NCBI GenBank assembly: GCA_977016875.1
Contig: CDRNST010000088.1
Span: 248,001 to 312,000 of the forward strand
Source of the DNA: Pavona decussata
Taxonomy: Eukaryota
DNA: 64,000 nucleotides
Direction of reading: 5' to 3'
Of the stretch, positions 25,920 to 37,310 are shown one piece after another; the stretch's first letter is position 1, and every line of letters starts with the position of its first letter. Made by a program: the position numbers and the translations under genes. Below the pieces are notes generated by a model. It worked only from the letters and a program-made list of their open reading frames with translations. It was not told where the DNA came from and did not search any database.

Positions 25920-26401
25920 CTCGGGCCGTAAGGCGGACCGAGTTAAGGTTTCGGTAGCATTATCGAATTCTTTTTTCTTTTTGGGGTCGCGATGGGCCGA
26001 GGGATAAGACTTCGGGCCACGAGTTATTGTTCTCGGTCTCGTTTTTTGTACTCGGCTGGTACGAGTTACGTTTTCTGTCGTATTATCAAATTCTTTAAAT
26101 GCTCGGTCGCGTTCTTTGTTTTCGGGCCGTGAGGAGTGTTTACAAAATGCGAGCCAGACGTGCGAGGCATGAACAAAACATGCGAGGCATGCGAGGCATG
26201 AACTCTCAACCCCAACATAACTGACATAAACTGCTAACCGTAACTGGGGAGCTTTTTAAGCTAATCTAAGTGCTATTTAGGCTAACTGGAGTGCTCTTTA
26301 GGTTAACCGGAGTGTTTTTAGGCTAATCTGAGTGCCTCAAGGTTAGTTTTGTTTAACCGAAAATTTGGCAACTAAATCAGTCTATGACCTTGCGGGCCAA
26401 G
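25920..26401. mobile_element. Possible MITE with internal 9-bp and about 21-bp tandem repeats
   Basis: Imperfect TIR ctcgggccgtaagg / ccttgcgggccaag; internal (gcgaggcat) and (tttaggctaactggagtg) repeats. Confidence 0.4.
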
Positions 26402-26584
26402 ATAGAAAAAGATGTCTTACGTTTACTATAGAAAAACAATCAATGTAGAAACGGTTTCTGTCTTCAAATGAAAGGTGAATAACAAATCTTTTCCCCTGAA
26501 TTTCATTTAAAAATATAAACAGCGAAACATTGAAAAACGTACAAGGCTATAAACGTACGCGTGATGCGTAACGTTACTCTAGAT

Positions 26585-26981
26585 CCCGGGGGGGGGGGCG
26601 GGAGGGGGGTACTCAACAGATGCTTGGGTAGGGAGGTGCGGCCCGGGCGTTCAAACCCTGACCCTGTTTAAGACACCATTCTCCGATTTTCCTATCCCGT
26701 TTAATACAGAATTCAAAATTTTCAGGCCCTTTCTAAGACATTTAACCCAAAATCACACCCTGTTTAAGACTAGAATGAAATAAGAATACACCAGTTTCTT
26801 ACTGTATTTTAATGCATTGGCAATCACAATCTGTTTAAGCCATTAGGTCATGTAGGGATAGACAGAAAGTGATAAAATAGATACCCCGTTCAAGACAAAA
26901 CACCCTGAAAACCATACCCTATCGGGCCGCACGTCCCCGTTAAGGTCACATAAGGGAGTATCCCCCCCCCCCCCTCCCGGG
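26585..26981. mobile_element. MITE with G/C-run TIRs and a 7-bp target-site duplication
   Basis: CCCGGG(G)n..tactc / gagta..(C)nCCCGGG, flanked by TCTAGAT at 26578-26584 and 26982-26988. Confidence 0.85.
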
Positions 26982-27222
26982 TCTAGATCATACCGAGAAT
27001 TACGATCCGTCATTGACCCGACGTCACATACATATTAGGACCGTACAAATGGTTTCTGTTTCTAAACGAAAGGGGAAAACGTAAGGATTGAAGCCCGGGG
27101 ATAATAAAAAGCATTCGTATGACAAATGTCATTTTCCCTTGTACTTCAATCTGACTGCAAGAAATGCAATTCTATCTGGTGGTTACTTATTGCCTCACTA
27201 TATCTCTGTATCTATCTATTTG

Positions 27223-27306
27223 GTAGGCTGCAAGCAAGCTCTCTTGGGGGTGGGGGGCGGGAGGGGGAAAGAGGATCCACCCCCAAGAGAGCTTGCTCGC
27301 AGGCTA
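27223..27306. mobile_element. Short palindromic TAG(C/T)C...G(G/A)CTA hairpin element
   Basis: taggctgcaagcaagctctcttgggg / ccccaagagagcttgctcgcaggcta; similar elements at about 6576-6645, 28889-28965, 30094-30183, 32540-32592 and 38873-38993. Confidence 0.65.
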
Positions 27307-29505
27307 TCTATTTGGGGGAATTGCGCGATGCTGGAGGTTATCATTGTTAAAAGATAGTAGGCTTTACGCACCACACAGTCAAATATGGCCCGAGTATAAG
27401 CTGGAAACAGCTTCTTGTTTATATCTTAAGATTTATCTTAGATAGGATTTTGTGAATCCGGCCCAAGGACAATAAGTTTTACAACCTTCTCAAAAATCTG
27501 CTCAGTTTAAAGGGGCACCCGGACAGTCACAGAGATTTTGCTTTTATGTTAGTAAAAACTGGCCAAATTAAAAGGACCTCTTTTCTAGGATTTTGTTGTG
27601 TTAAACAGCTGTCTGTAGCCTCCGAGGCTTAAAGAAATTACCAGCATCAGTTACTAAATATCTGGCTTGAAGACTTGATTCATAAACGAATTTAGAATTT
27701 GGCCATTTTGTCAGTAAGGTAATCAGTACTCGCCGCACTATGGGAAGGTAATGTTCAATACCTTTCATTCTTGATATTTCATCCACAGACTCAAAGTAAC
27801 AACCACAATACACATTACCTAACTGGAGATTTGACTGTGGCTGAAAGTGAAACGGATAAAACTTCCAAGAGACTGACGTTGAAGAAACAATAGAAGATAG
27901 TAATTATCGTTTGAAAAAGAGAATAGTTAACTGTGACTGTTTGCAATTTGAAAATTCCTCAATAAACAAACAAACAAACAAACAAACATTAATCCAGGAA
28001 TGGAAAACCTAATGTCTAAGCCGGATGTTGAACAGACAACTTTAAAGTGAAACTGGTTGAAACCAGCTGGAAATCCTGTAGTGCGTACAGCACATTCACT
28101 GAAGCTTTACCTACACATATGTTCTTCTGCCTTCAATTCAGTCCATAATTAGGCATGAACAAATTGGATGTAGTTGCTAGAGCGACAGTCTCAACAGAGA
28201 CTTTTTTCTAGAGGTGATTTTCTAGGGGGAAAAAAGGCCCCGTTTTCCCTCGGCTGGGTCGTAATTGATAGTACCTGCAAACATTGCCCAGTTTTCCTTT
28301 TTTTTCGGATTTTCCAAATCATAAATTTTGTTCATCTAGTTTTTTTCTTTTTTTTTTTTAATTCTTGGTTCTCGATTGAAAACAAAATACCAATTGCTCC
28401 ATTTCCATAAATATTCAGTGTCACTAAATTAACTACTCAGAAATTAAAACCTTAAAAACAACTGAAAAATAATAAAACTTGACATATGTATAAGTATGTT
28501 ATGCATTCCGTGATCACTTTGACACATCGGCACATTTCACGGCCGTTGTTCCCCAAACTATAAATCCTAGTTTTAACCCTTTGGTTCACGTTGTAGCCTG
28601 TCGAATGATCTTGGGTTCTCAGAGAAAATATTTTATTTAACAAAATAGCCTCCCTTAACTTAACTGGCGGTATTGTTTCTTTGGAAGGCTTAAAGATTTG
28701 GTTGCGAACCAGCAAGGAAAAGTTAAAAAGACAACAAACCCTAAACCTGGAACAAGAGGTACGTGACATACAGATCCGACGAAAGTAGAGATTCCAAGGA
28801 GCTGAGGGCAGGCTGTCAGTGAACAAGAAATATCACGGGGTGGGGGTGGGGGACTGGGAGAGACAGCATCCCACGCAAGGATGTGAGATAGTCTGAAATA
28901 TCAGCCGTCTCCTCCCCCTAACCCACAGGGAGCGCGGGGGAGGAGACGGCGGACATTGCAGACTAGGATGAGTGACAATTCCCTTAGTCACTTCATCCAT
29001 GATAAGAACACGTTAAAAACTGCAAAAGCCGTGAACGAAGATCCTGCTTGCTTGTACGTTGGATAACATCTTAACTTGAAGAAGGCTGGTTTGGCCGGCC
29101 GAGATATTGTTTTAAAATATATTACGTTGCGTCAGCTTTGCAGTTGTCTTTGGACTTCTCATCGTCTATGATAAGAAAACCGGAAACAAACGCTAACCGC
29201 ATAGGGTCTTATAGGTTATCTATAGGTTATTTATAAGAGGGAGAGAAAATGTTTTTCAACGTTTAGGATTTATAGTAATTGTTGTTCTTGGAGCAATTTC
29301 CTAGCGTTTGAATGCGTATAAACAGTGATAGGGTCCCCTCGTCAGGCCCTGACGTCACATAAATATCTAATGCTTGCGGTTTTGAAACCGGTAAGTTTAA
29401 TACTTGCATTGTTGTTAAGCGAAATATAAATCAATATGAATAATACTCACTACGAGCCTACATTGCCGAATTAATCGATTGAAAATGGGAAAAGACACGC
29501 CTCAC

Positions 29506-29620
29506 CGTTGGTTGAATTCTCCAGTACTTTGCCATCTTCACTCGTGTTTTCTCCTCCTAAGGTAGCCATTTCTTCGCAAATCGTCGCAACGCCACGGAAG
29601 CTTTTTCGATTTAAAAACAT
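29506..29620 (-). CDS. Candidate alternative N-terminal exon D of Kv1 (MFLNRKSFRGVATICEE-MATLGGENTSEDGKVLENSTN)
   Basis: In-frame ATGs at 29620 and 29569 (gaaATGg), donor ACG|GTGAGG at 29505; phase 1, in frame; possible acceptor ttcacag| at 29682. Confidence 0.5.
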
Positions 29621-29835
29621 GACGTCTCTTAACAACGAGGTAGATGATTCATTCAATGAATCTACGTTTGTGTTCGTGTAACTGTGAATGGCCAATAATC
29701 TTGAATATTAGGATTGAGCAAACTTTGCGCACTCAAGACAAATGTCCCGACTCAATGGCGGAAATATTACGACAAATATATATACCACAACCCTTGCTCC
29801 GGAACTGAGACTAAGGTATCACTTTCAAGGATGAA

Positions 29836-30340
29836 CCGGGGGGGTGGAGGGGTACTCCCATATATAAGCTATATTGGTATATGCCGATGTGGAGTATGGT
29901 TTTCAAGAAGTTTAGTCTGGGATAGGGAATCACGGAAATCAGAGAGTTTTGGTCTAGAATAGGATATCACTTTCCAGGAAACTGATCAACCACTTGAAGA
30001 ATTTAATCTAGACTGGGTTGTTTCCCGGAAATTGACACTTTTTTTGCTGTACACGTAGAAAGATTTTGTTTCCTGACTGGACTGTGGTAGTGATAGCCTC
30101 TCACGCAGTCGGCGTTTTTTAGGGGACTCCTGTTGTAGGAAAAGGTAATACGAGTCCCCTGAAAACGACTGCGTGGAGGGCTATGATAGTGACAGAGTTT
30201 CTGGAAAATAGCGAGTCGGAGAAAGGGTAGGGATTTTTGGTCTTTAGTCTAGTATACGGTTGCAAATGCAGCTGAACTTGCTCTGGTTTAGGGAAAGGGT
30301 TTCACCCCCACCCAAAAATGTTTAGAGTACCCCCTTCCCC
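29836..30340. mobile_element. Older MITE with related ggggtactc/gagtacccc TIRs, carrying a nested hairpin element at 30094-30183
   Basis: ccggggg..ggggtactccc ... gagtaccccc; nested tagcc..acgcagtc..aggggactc / gagtcccct..gactgcgt..ggcta. Confidence 0.65.
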
Positions 30341-30877
30341 CAAGCTGGCCACAAATCACATGGTTCCTTTTCGACCTAGTGATATCATTACTAGTACCGT
30401 ACCTTAAGTCCAAACCTCGACATAAAAATACCGAGTTTCGAGTTGGTAAAATATGATACAGTATCAAGCTAGCAAACAGTATGTGTACCATTGAGGATCG
30501 AACCCAGAGATTTTTCGGTGCGAAAATGCCTGTTGCGCGTGCAGGTCGATAAGGGGCCACGAGTGGCGACAGGCACCAGGCACGTTCTAGTTCTGTAGCG
30601 CGATCTGTCATCTCCTATATTTTAAAAACAACAACTGAAACAGATGGCAACTGTACACTCCCGGAATTAAACCTTGCCCTGCGTAATCTAGATCTGGCTC
30701 TAACGTCTTAATGGTGATATATCAATTCTAATGAAAGCTGCACTGTAAGCAGTATTTTGTTGTGACGTTTTTCATCGTCCGCGTCCGCGTTTATGGTATT
30801 TATATTGCGCTAGTTTTTATATATAAAAAAGGACAGTAAGTTTTTCTAATTTAACTATAAAAGTTAACGTTAAAAGA

Positions 30878-30916
30878 GAACGACGTTTCGACCGTCCGAC
30901 GGTCATTTTCAAGTTC
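30878..30916 (-). ncRNA. Second identical minimal hammerhead ribozyme motif
   Basis: Exact reverse complement of 32046-32084. Confidence 0.75.
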
Positions 30917-31095
30917 AAAATGAGAAGTAAAATATGTGTTTATATACAATTGTGAGAAAACTAATGAGATGCTGACTTAAAAAGCTCTAAGATATTCACA
31001 TCTAAACAATATCAAAAATAATAGCGTGAATGATAAATACAAAGGAACGCTAAAAACGATAAAAGGTATTTAAAAGGTATTTAAAAGTGAAATAA

Positions 31096-31663
31096 TTAAA
31101 CAAATAACTTCGCGCGGATAGAGTCGCATTGTTTGTTCAGTTTCGGCTTTAGGTCGCGAATAAACAACATCTCGAAGATCAAGCAGTCGAGTTTGCTCTG
31201 ACACTTTCTCAGGATTCTGAAGTTGCTTTTAATGGTCTCTGGATCCTGTCCATGCTCGTCCTTTACATGATTGCCAATTGCAGATCGTTTGTGTTCCTCC
31301 ACACGTTGATGCAAGTGTCGACTCGTGAAGCCAACATAGTCTGCATCGCACAGACCACATTTGAAATAATAAACAACGTTTTGTTGATTCACAATGGGAG
31401 GTTTATGTTCCTTTGGTTTGATTTTGCTCTTAATCTTCTGACTTGTGTAGACAGGATGGACATCAGCATCGATCTTTCGGCTGAGATCATTAAGTTGGTG
31501 TCTTACCGCGTTCGCCGATTTCTGGTCTTTGAAAGGTAGGACGATTCTGACGAGAGCTCGTTCGTCGGATACCCGTTGTTCAGGACATGCATTCTCAGTA
31601 ACTTTCGTTTCAATAAAATGTGTGATGGCGTTCTCTACGACGGTTTCAGGATAATGCAAGCGA
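31096..31663 (-). pseudogene. Truncated Penelope ORF (GIY-YIG endonuclease domain, RT missing)
   Basis: VVY..C..C...YVG.T.R.L..R..EH, conserved E and LN motifs; no native start. Confidence 0.85.
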
Positions 31664-32045
31664 GAAATAGTAAATGTAAACGACGAGCATGGACAGGATC
31701 CAGAGACCATGGACAGGATCCAGAGACCATTAAAAGCAACTTCAGAATCCTGAGAAAGTGTCAGAGCAAACTCGACTGCTTGATCTTCGAGATGTTGTTT
31801 ATTCGCGACCTAAAGCCGAAACTGAACAAACAATGCGACTCGATCCGCGCGAAGTTATTTGTTTAATTATTTCACTTTTAAATACCTTTTAAATACCTTT
31901 TATCGTTTTTAGCGTTCCTTTGTATTTATCATTCACGCTATTATTTTTGATATTGTTTAGATGTGAATATCTTAGAGCTTTTTAAGTCAGCATCTCATTA
32001 GTTTTCTCACAATTGTATATAAACACATATTTTACTTCTCATTTT

Positions 32046-32084
32046 GAACTTGAAAATGACCGTCGGACGGTCGAAACGTCGTTC
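32046..32084 (+). ncRNA. Minimal type I hammerhead ribozyme motif (U3-A8 variant) in the Penelope pLTR
   Basis: GAAC-UUGAAAA-U-GACCG(UCGGA)CGGUC-GAAAC-GUC-GUUC: stem I GAAC/GUUC, stem II GACCG/CGGUC, palindromic ACGU stem III; predicted cleavage after C32080. Confidence 0.75.
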
Positions 32085-35000
32085 TCTTTTAAGGTTAACT
32101 TTTATAGTTAAATCAATTTCGAAAAACTTGTTGATTCTTAGTTTTTCTTAGACATGTTTTAAAAACCTTTTCCGGCCACATTTGTGCGTTTTCATTCTTT
32201 CTTTGAAACAAGCCACACTTGAACAATTGGAGAAGGTCGATTTTTTTTTTACCATTTTACGAGTGAATGAAAGGCCAAACTGTGCCTGAAACACTTCTAA
32301 TAAATGAATAAATAATAAATGCCTTTATTCATTCAACCGTAGAGTACATATTGAAAGGTTACAGAATAGATATAAGAACATCAGTAATAGTAAAACAAGC
32401 AAAATCAAGCGTAATACAAGACAGAAACAGAAAGAACGTATTATACTACAAACTTATGCTTAACCCTTTAACCTTTTTTGTTCGATTTATCGCTCGCCGG
32501 CGAACGATAATTTTACTCGCTCGGTACAAGTAGTCCAAGTAGTCTGAAATGTCAGCCGTCTCCTCCCCCTAACCCCTGTCCTCCCCCGACTAGGTACAAG
32601 AAGAGAAGAGCCTCAGTGTCAGAAAACAAACAATCCCAGATACAACGTTTGAAAGAAGAGGCTTCTGGTATTGGCAAGTCACAAGGAGTGCTTTTAACGT
32701 TCTCTGGTAATTTCTAGTAAACTTAATATCTTCAAGGTAGTTTAATGCAAGAAAAACATAGGTTAAAAATGCGACATGCTCACTGTGTGATCTGCCTGTG
32801 AAACAAATCATTCATCGCATGCAACCCTCAGTTTGCCAATTATAGTGAAATATCGTGCCATAGATGTGGAGGGCAATGAAAGGGTTCCAGTTTAAATTCT
32901 CAAGCTACAGCCTGACAACATAATGCAATTTTCCTAGTTTAATCAGGACCAAAAAAGTGGAATATTTGACCTTGTAACTCCATGGGGGGCCAGCTATCAA
33001 TGTAAACACAGAAAGAAAACGATGTGTTGTTGTTGACAGTTCCTATCGCTATAATGTTACAAAATCAACCCAGAACAAGGCGAACTCAAAAACATGCGAA
33101 TAAAACGAAGTTTTTAAAAAGGGTTAAACATTGTTCTCTTGAAGTATCCTTTTTCAATGTGATTTCGATATCATAAATGTGTGCCAAGCGCGAGGCCAGA
33201 ATTTCCGAAGATATCCGAATAATTCCGAAGATTGCCGAGGACAAAAAAGGTACAGTACCAATGCGTTTGGAGAGTTTTAAATCAGACCGACGGCAGCGAT
33301 ACAACGTGATTTATATGAACTGAACTTAATCAAATAGTATATCTTATAGCAATTTACTTTGGTCTGTTTGGTTATCAGTTTGTCCACTAAAAAAATAACA
33401 CAGATCAGTTGTGACTCACAGAGAAGTTAGACAATGGTGTGCATGTTCCTGACCGGGTCCTGAACCAGTGAGATCCACAGATAGTGGAGACATGCAGGGT
33501 TTGTATTAAGCTACAAGTTTTTTTCTTCTTACCTTTCAACTCGGTCGAAATCAGTCAATAGTAATGGCAAAATTAATAAAACTCGTAGGCTCGAACAGCC
33601 CAGTTGTTGCCGGCCTGAGGTCAAGTAAACAACTTTGTAATTATCTCCTGCTTTGCACTGTGACATAAAACATGATGTGCTAGAAATGAGGGCATTTAAT
33701 CCAATTAGTAGTTCAAAACCACTCACACATTTCCGACTTTGTGTAGGACGCATATCCGCAACATCCTTGGCATACTTGCGATCAAAAATGTAAACAAATA
33801 AACAAACAAATTTGGAGCAGACGAGAACACACGTAATACGATGGTACCTCGCGCTCTAGTAGTTCTCATAACCAGGAGGGAATCACTCCTGTCTTTACTT
33901 AAATAGCCAGACTTGAGAATTTAATCCGCAGATTCAAATCTGAATAGTTTCAATACAAATAATCGCTCTCAGGAACTTTATCGTTTGTTTTCAAAATGAT
34001 AACCGGGTTAAGGATCTAATGACTCTGATAAATACCTTTTTATTACTTTTCTTATGGGATTATAGGAATGATCACGGACTCTCTGGAACTTGGAGCATGA
34101 GAAACCGGTTTAGGGGTCTCATAAGTCAGATGATTGCCTTTTAGGCAAATTGGCCACCATAAAGAGATTCTAGTGCTAACGCTCGAATCTCTCAATGGTG
34201 GCCAACACCTTTAGTTATCAACTCTTTTGATAAATGAAACATTAGCACTTAAACTTAACATTAAACTTTAAACTTACCTTAAACTTACCTCGCGCGCTTT
34301 TTGTATGACTGTGACGAACAAGTCAGACAACCCTGTGAAAGTTTGATGTGAAATTGATTGCGAATTCGAGGAGACCTACAGTCGTTTAAGCAAACTGAAG
34401 AACAACAAGAATGATCCTACTATGATCAGTAAAAACAGTGATATCACTGGGATCAGTTACTGATCACTCAGTGAAATGTACAAACGTGTAAATAAAACAA
34501 AATTCTCCGCGGTCCGCAAAAATTTGTTACTCGCACATATGCTTTCCTAAAAAAATGTGTGCTCCACTTTAGACTCAGCGTAGGCCTTTATCACCAGCTC
34601 CATACCGCAAGTCAATTAGGTAGTGCTTCTAAACCAAGGCATTAATTTTTGTTACTTAAGTTGAGCCAGTCTTGGAGAAATTCAGTTTTTTTTTTCTCCA
34701 CAACTGAGCTCTGTTATATTTGGAATGGCTAGAATGATCCCTACATCTATCGTGCCAACAATCTTTCCTTATCAAAAATACTTGATACCGCAAACCTCCG
34801 AAAAAACACCAGTTTGAAAACAAAACTTTGGAGTATACGATAGGAGATAGCTGTGCTCGTAGGCTGAACGAAGAGCAATTAAAAAGAGGATCGGAACCGG
34901 TTTCCTTTCGAGAAGAAGTTATAAAAAGCGGAAGGAAAGTCTTCAGGACATTTTCAGTATTTCGATTACAATTTGGCAACATGACCGCAAAAGAAACACT

Positions 35001-36191
35001 TGCATCTGCGACTTCATAATTTTGTTTCTCAGATACACTGGTTAAGTGGATTAACCGGCTTTTGCTGCTCGTTGTAAATTCATTTAGATATCGATAGATG
35101 ATTATCATTTTCACTGAAGCTGACTTGCTAGACTGTCCAATAAGAATGAACACTTAATTTAACAAACAATGAGCACCGCTTCTGCAATTCTGGTTGACAA
35201 AATTCGGCCGCATTTCGTCCAAAATACTACTGTCGCGTCCGAGTAGCACGAGTATTCTCGAGCATTTGGCAAGTACTTCGATACTCGTTACGTCTGCAAT
35301 CTCTTAATCATACACGGAAAGAATTCTTTGTACATGGGATTCCAACCAAATGTCCATCAACTGGTGACATGTGGCTTTTAAACTTGACACATTTATAACC
35401 TCCACTTCCGCCTCCTTTCGGCGTTGGACATGCAAAAAAACTAGGTAGAAGTCGATCAAGCGAGAAGCAATTAGCCTTTTTGCCTCTTTAAAGAGGCGTT
35501 GAGCGACTGATTAATTGCGTTGTTGTGTAGCTTTTCCTATGAACAGGCTCCCAAGCGGGGTATAGGGCGAAAAGAAAAAGCGGCAAGCCGGGCCCACCCC
35601 TCCGAGCTCGATTTTTGTCCTCGCCCCCTTCCTTTTTCGAAAATAAATTTTGAAACAACAACCGGAAGTTAACTTTACGGAAAGTTATGTTACGCGCGCG
35701 GATTGATTGACAGCTTCTAATAAAAGACTCCGGATTTAAGGGGAAAGTGCTGACGCCTTGGAAAAAATCTAGTGTGGATGTTTTGTCGTTTTTTACGGGA
35801 CTTTTATCAATGGGAATCTGGACTTTCTTTGGAATTAGGATTGGGAAAATTTAGGAACCTAAGGAGAAACAGGAGCCTGTTCACAGACTAGTTGTTATGC
35901 AGATATATCTTGAGCATGAGAAGTCATAATTAAGAAAAAATATTGCCGTCGAAGGAAATCTTTATTTCAATAATAATAATTTATACCGTGAGCGCCTTCC
36001 GCTTCACAAGTGTGATGCAGAAGCAAGAGCCTTTATTTGGGACGGAAATATGGGGGGATGTTTGCTTGACATATGCCAGTTTTATTCGGGGCAGATTGCG
36101 TCACGTCACACAATCTGACGAATCCCAAAGCAGCGATCGAAGATATCTGATGGAATTTAAGTTATAACAGCTTATAGCCGAGTATACTAGC

Positions 36192-36668
36192 ATTCATGCC
36201 AACTCTCCCGGATTATCCGGGAGTCCTTCCGGATACGGAACGAATCTCCCGGTCTCCCGTACGGGTGACTAAACCTCCCGGATAAAAGCTACTTTGCGTC
36301 TTATTTGTATGATAGTCTAGTATTTCAACTTAAATTTTCTGTAAATTTAAGAAACATCGTCTCATGGGCGCATTTGCATACCTTTTTTTACCCAATCTTC
36401 CACAAACTGTGACGGAAACCAAAGAAAAGACGCTTTTAATTTATCATTATTGCAATATAAGCGACTGTTTGATTGGATATAAACGTTCAACCAAAAAGCA
36501 AGACAACCAAAGAGCAGGACAAAAAAGCTCTACTTTCGTGCGAATTTTGTGCCAATGGGGGGAGGGGGGGGAGAGTTAAGTGCATCAGTTTTGTTTGGGG
36601 GGGGGGGGGGGGGGGCTCAGAAGATAAAAATCTCCAGATTTCAGATCTTCAGAGGTTAGCATCTCTGT
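36192..36668. mobile_element. Possible hAT-like MITE
   Basis: Imperfect TIR catgccaactctccc / gaggttagcatctctg; subterminal tctcccgg and tctccag repeats. Confidence 0.4.
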
Positions 36669-37310
36669 ACTAGTAGCGGCCGAAAAGCTGAAGAATGCTT
36701 GCAGAAATCGAAAGCATGCTAAGCAATGGTTACTGATACTTGATACTGATAATGGTCAATCTCACAGACCTCGAAACATTAGGAAACGGTCTTGTCTGTG
36801 GCTTTGTTCGAAAAGTATGTGACCGTAATTTTCTTTAAATTCGTCTCACGGATAGCTTGCGTAGGCGGTGGTATCGTTCACGCTAAGGCAAACATTTGCG
36901 GCTCCTCCGAGCCCCACGGTTCCGCTGCAAATAACCTTTCTATGCAAACAATCACAGCTCTACAGGCCGCCTTCTGAACTATTGCGCGTCGGTGTGCGCG
37001 CGCATTCAAAATCGAACGTTATATTTACGCGAGTGACGTTTTGCTGTTAATTAGAGCGTTGCGTGAACAATGCTCTGATTTGGTTTTCATTTTAGGCGCG
37101 GTAGGCTGAGGGATCTCTGCGACTCAGGTTGCTATCAAATTAATCACTAAAGTGACTTGGTTTAACTGTTCCAACTCATCAGTTGAAAATGGATAATGGC
37201 TTTGAAAGAAACAACAAGACACAATTCTGGAAAAATCACCTCCGTAAACTGGAAGTCATAAGAAAACGAATACTGTACGATCTGGGACAGTGAGTGGTAG
37301 TTGATCAGTA

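Larger units (their letters stand above)
30849..32113 (-). mobile_element. Penelope-like retroelement, 5'-truncated, with inverted partial repeat (pLTR)
   Basis: Minus-strand ORF end 31096-31663 encodes a linker and GIY-YIG endonuclease (VVYYFKCGLCDADYVGFTSRHLHQRVEEH...LIFEMLFIRDLKPKLNKQ). 31682-32113 is a near-perfect inverted copy of 30849-31260, with a 20-bp duplication at the junction. Confidence 0.93.

Noticed and set aside
31576-31866. Plus-strand 96-aa ORF as a separate gene
   Set aside because: It is the inverted pLTR copy of the Penelope endonuclease C-terminus fused to antisense sequence.
34656-35153. 165-aa minus ORF and other 60-130 aa ORFs in the 11-36 kb region
   Set aside because: No domains, GTG/TTG starts in many cases, and no consistent exon structure; expected by chance.
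36980-37015. CHR (TTTGAA) plus GCGCG as a LIN54/DREAM site near the WDR87 promoter
   Set aside because: The hexamer is frequent by chance in AT-rich DNA and the order relative to the CG element is not the CDE-CHR arrangement.
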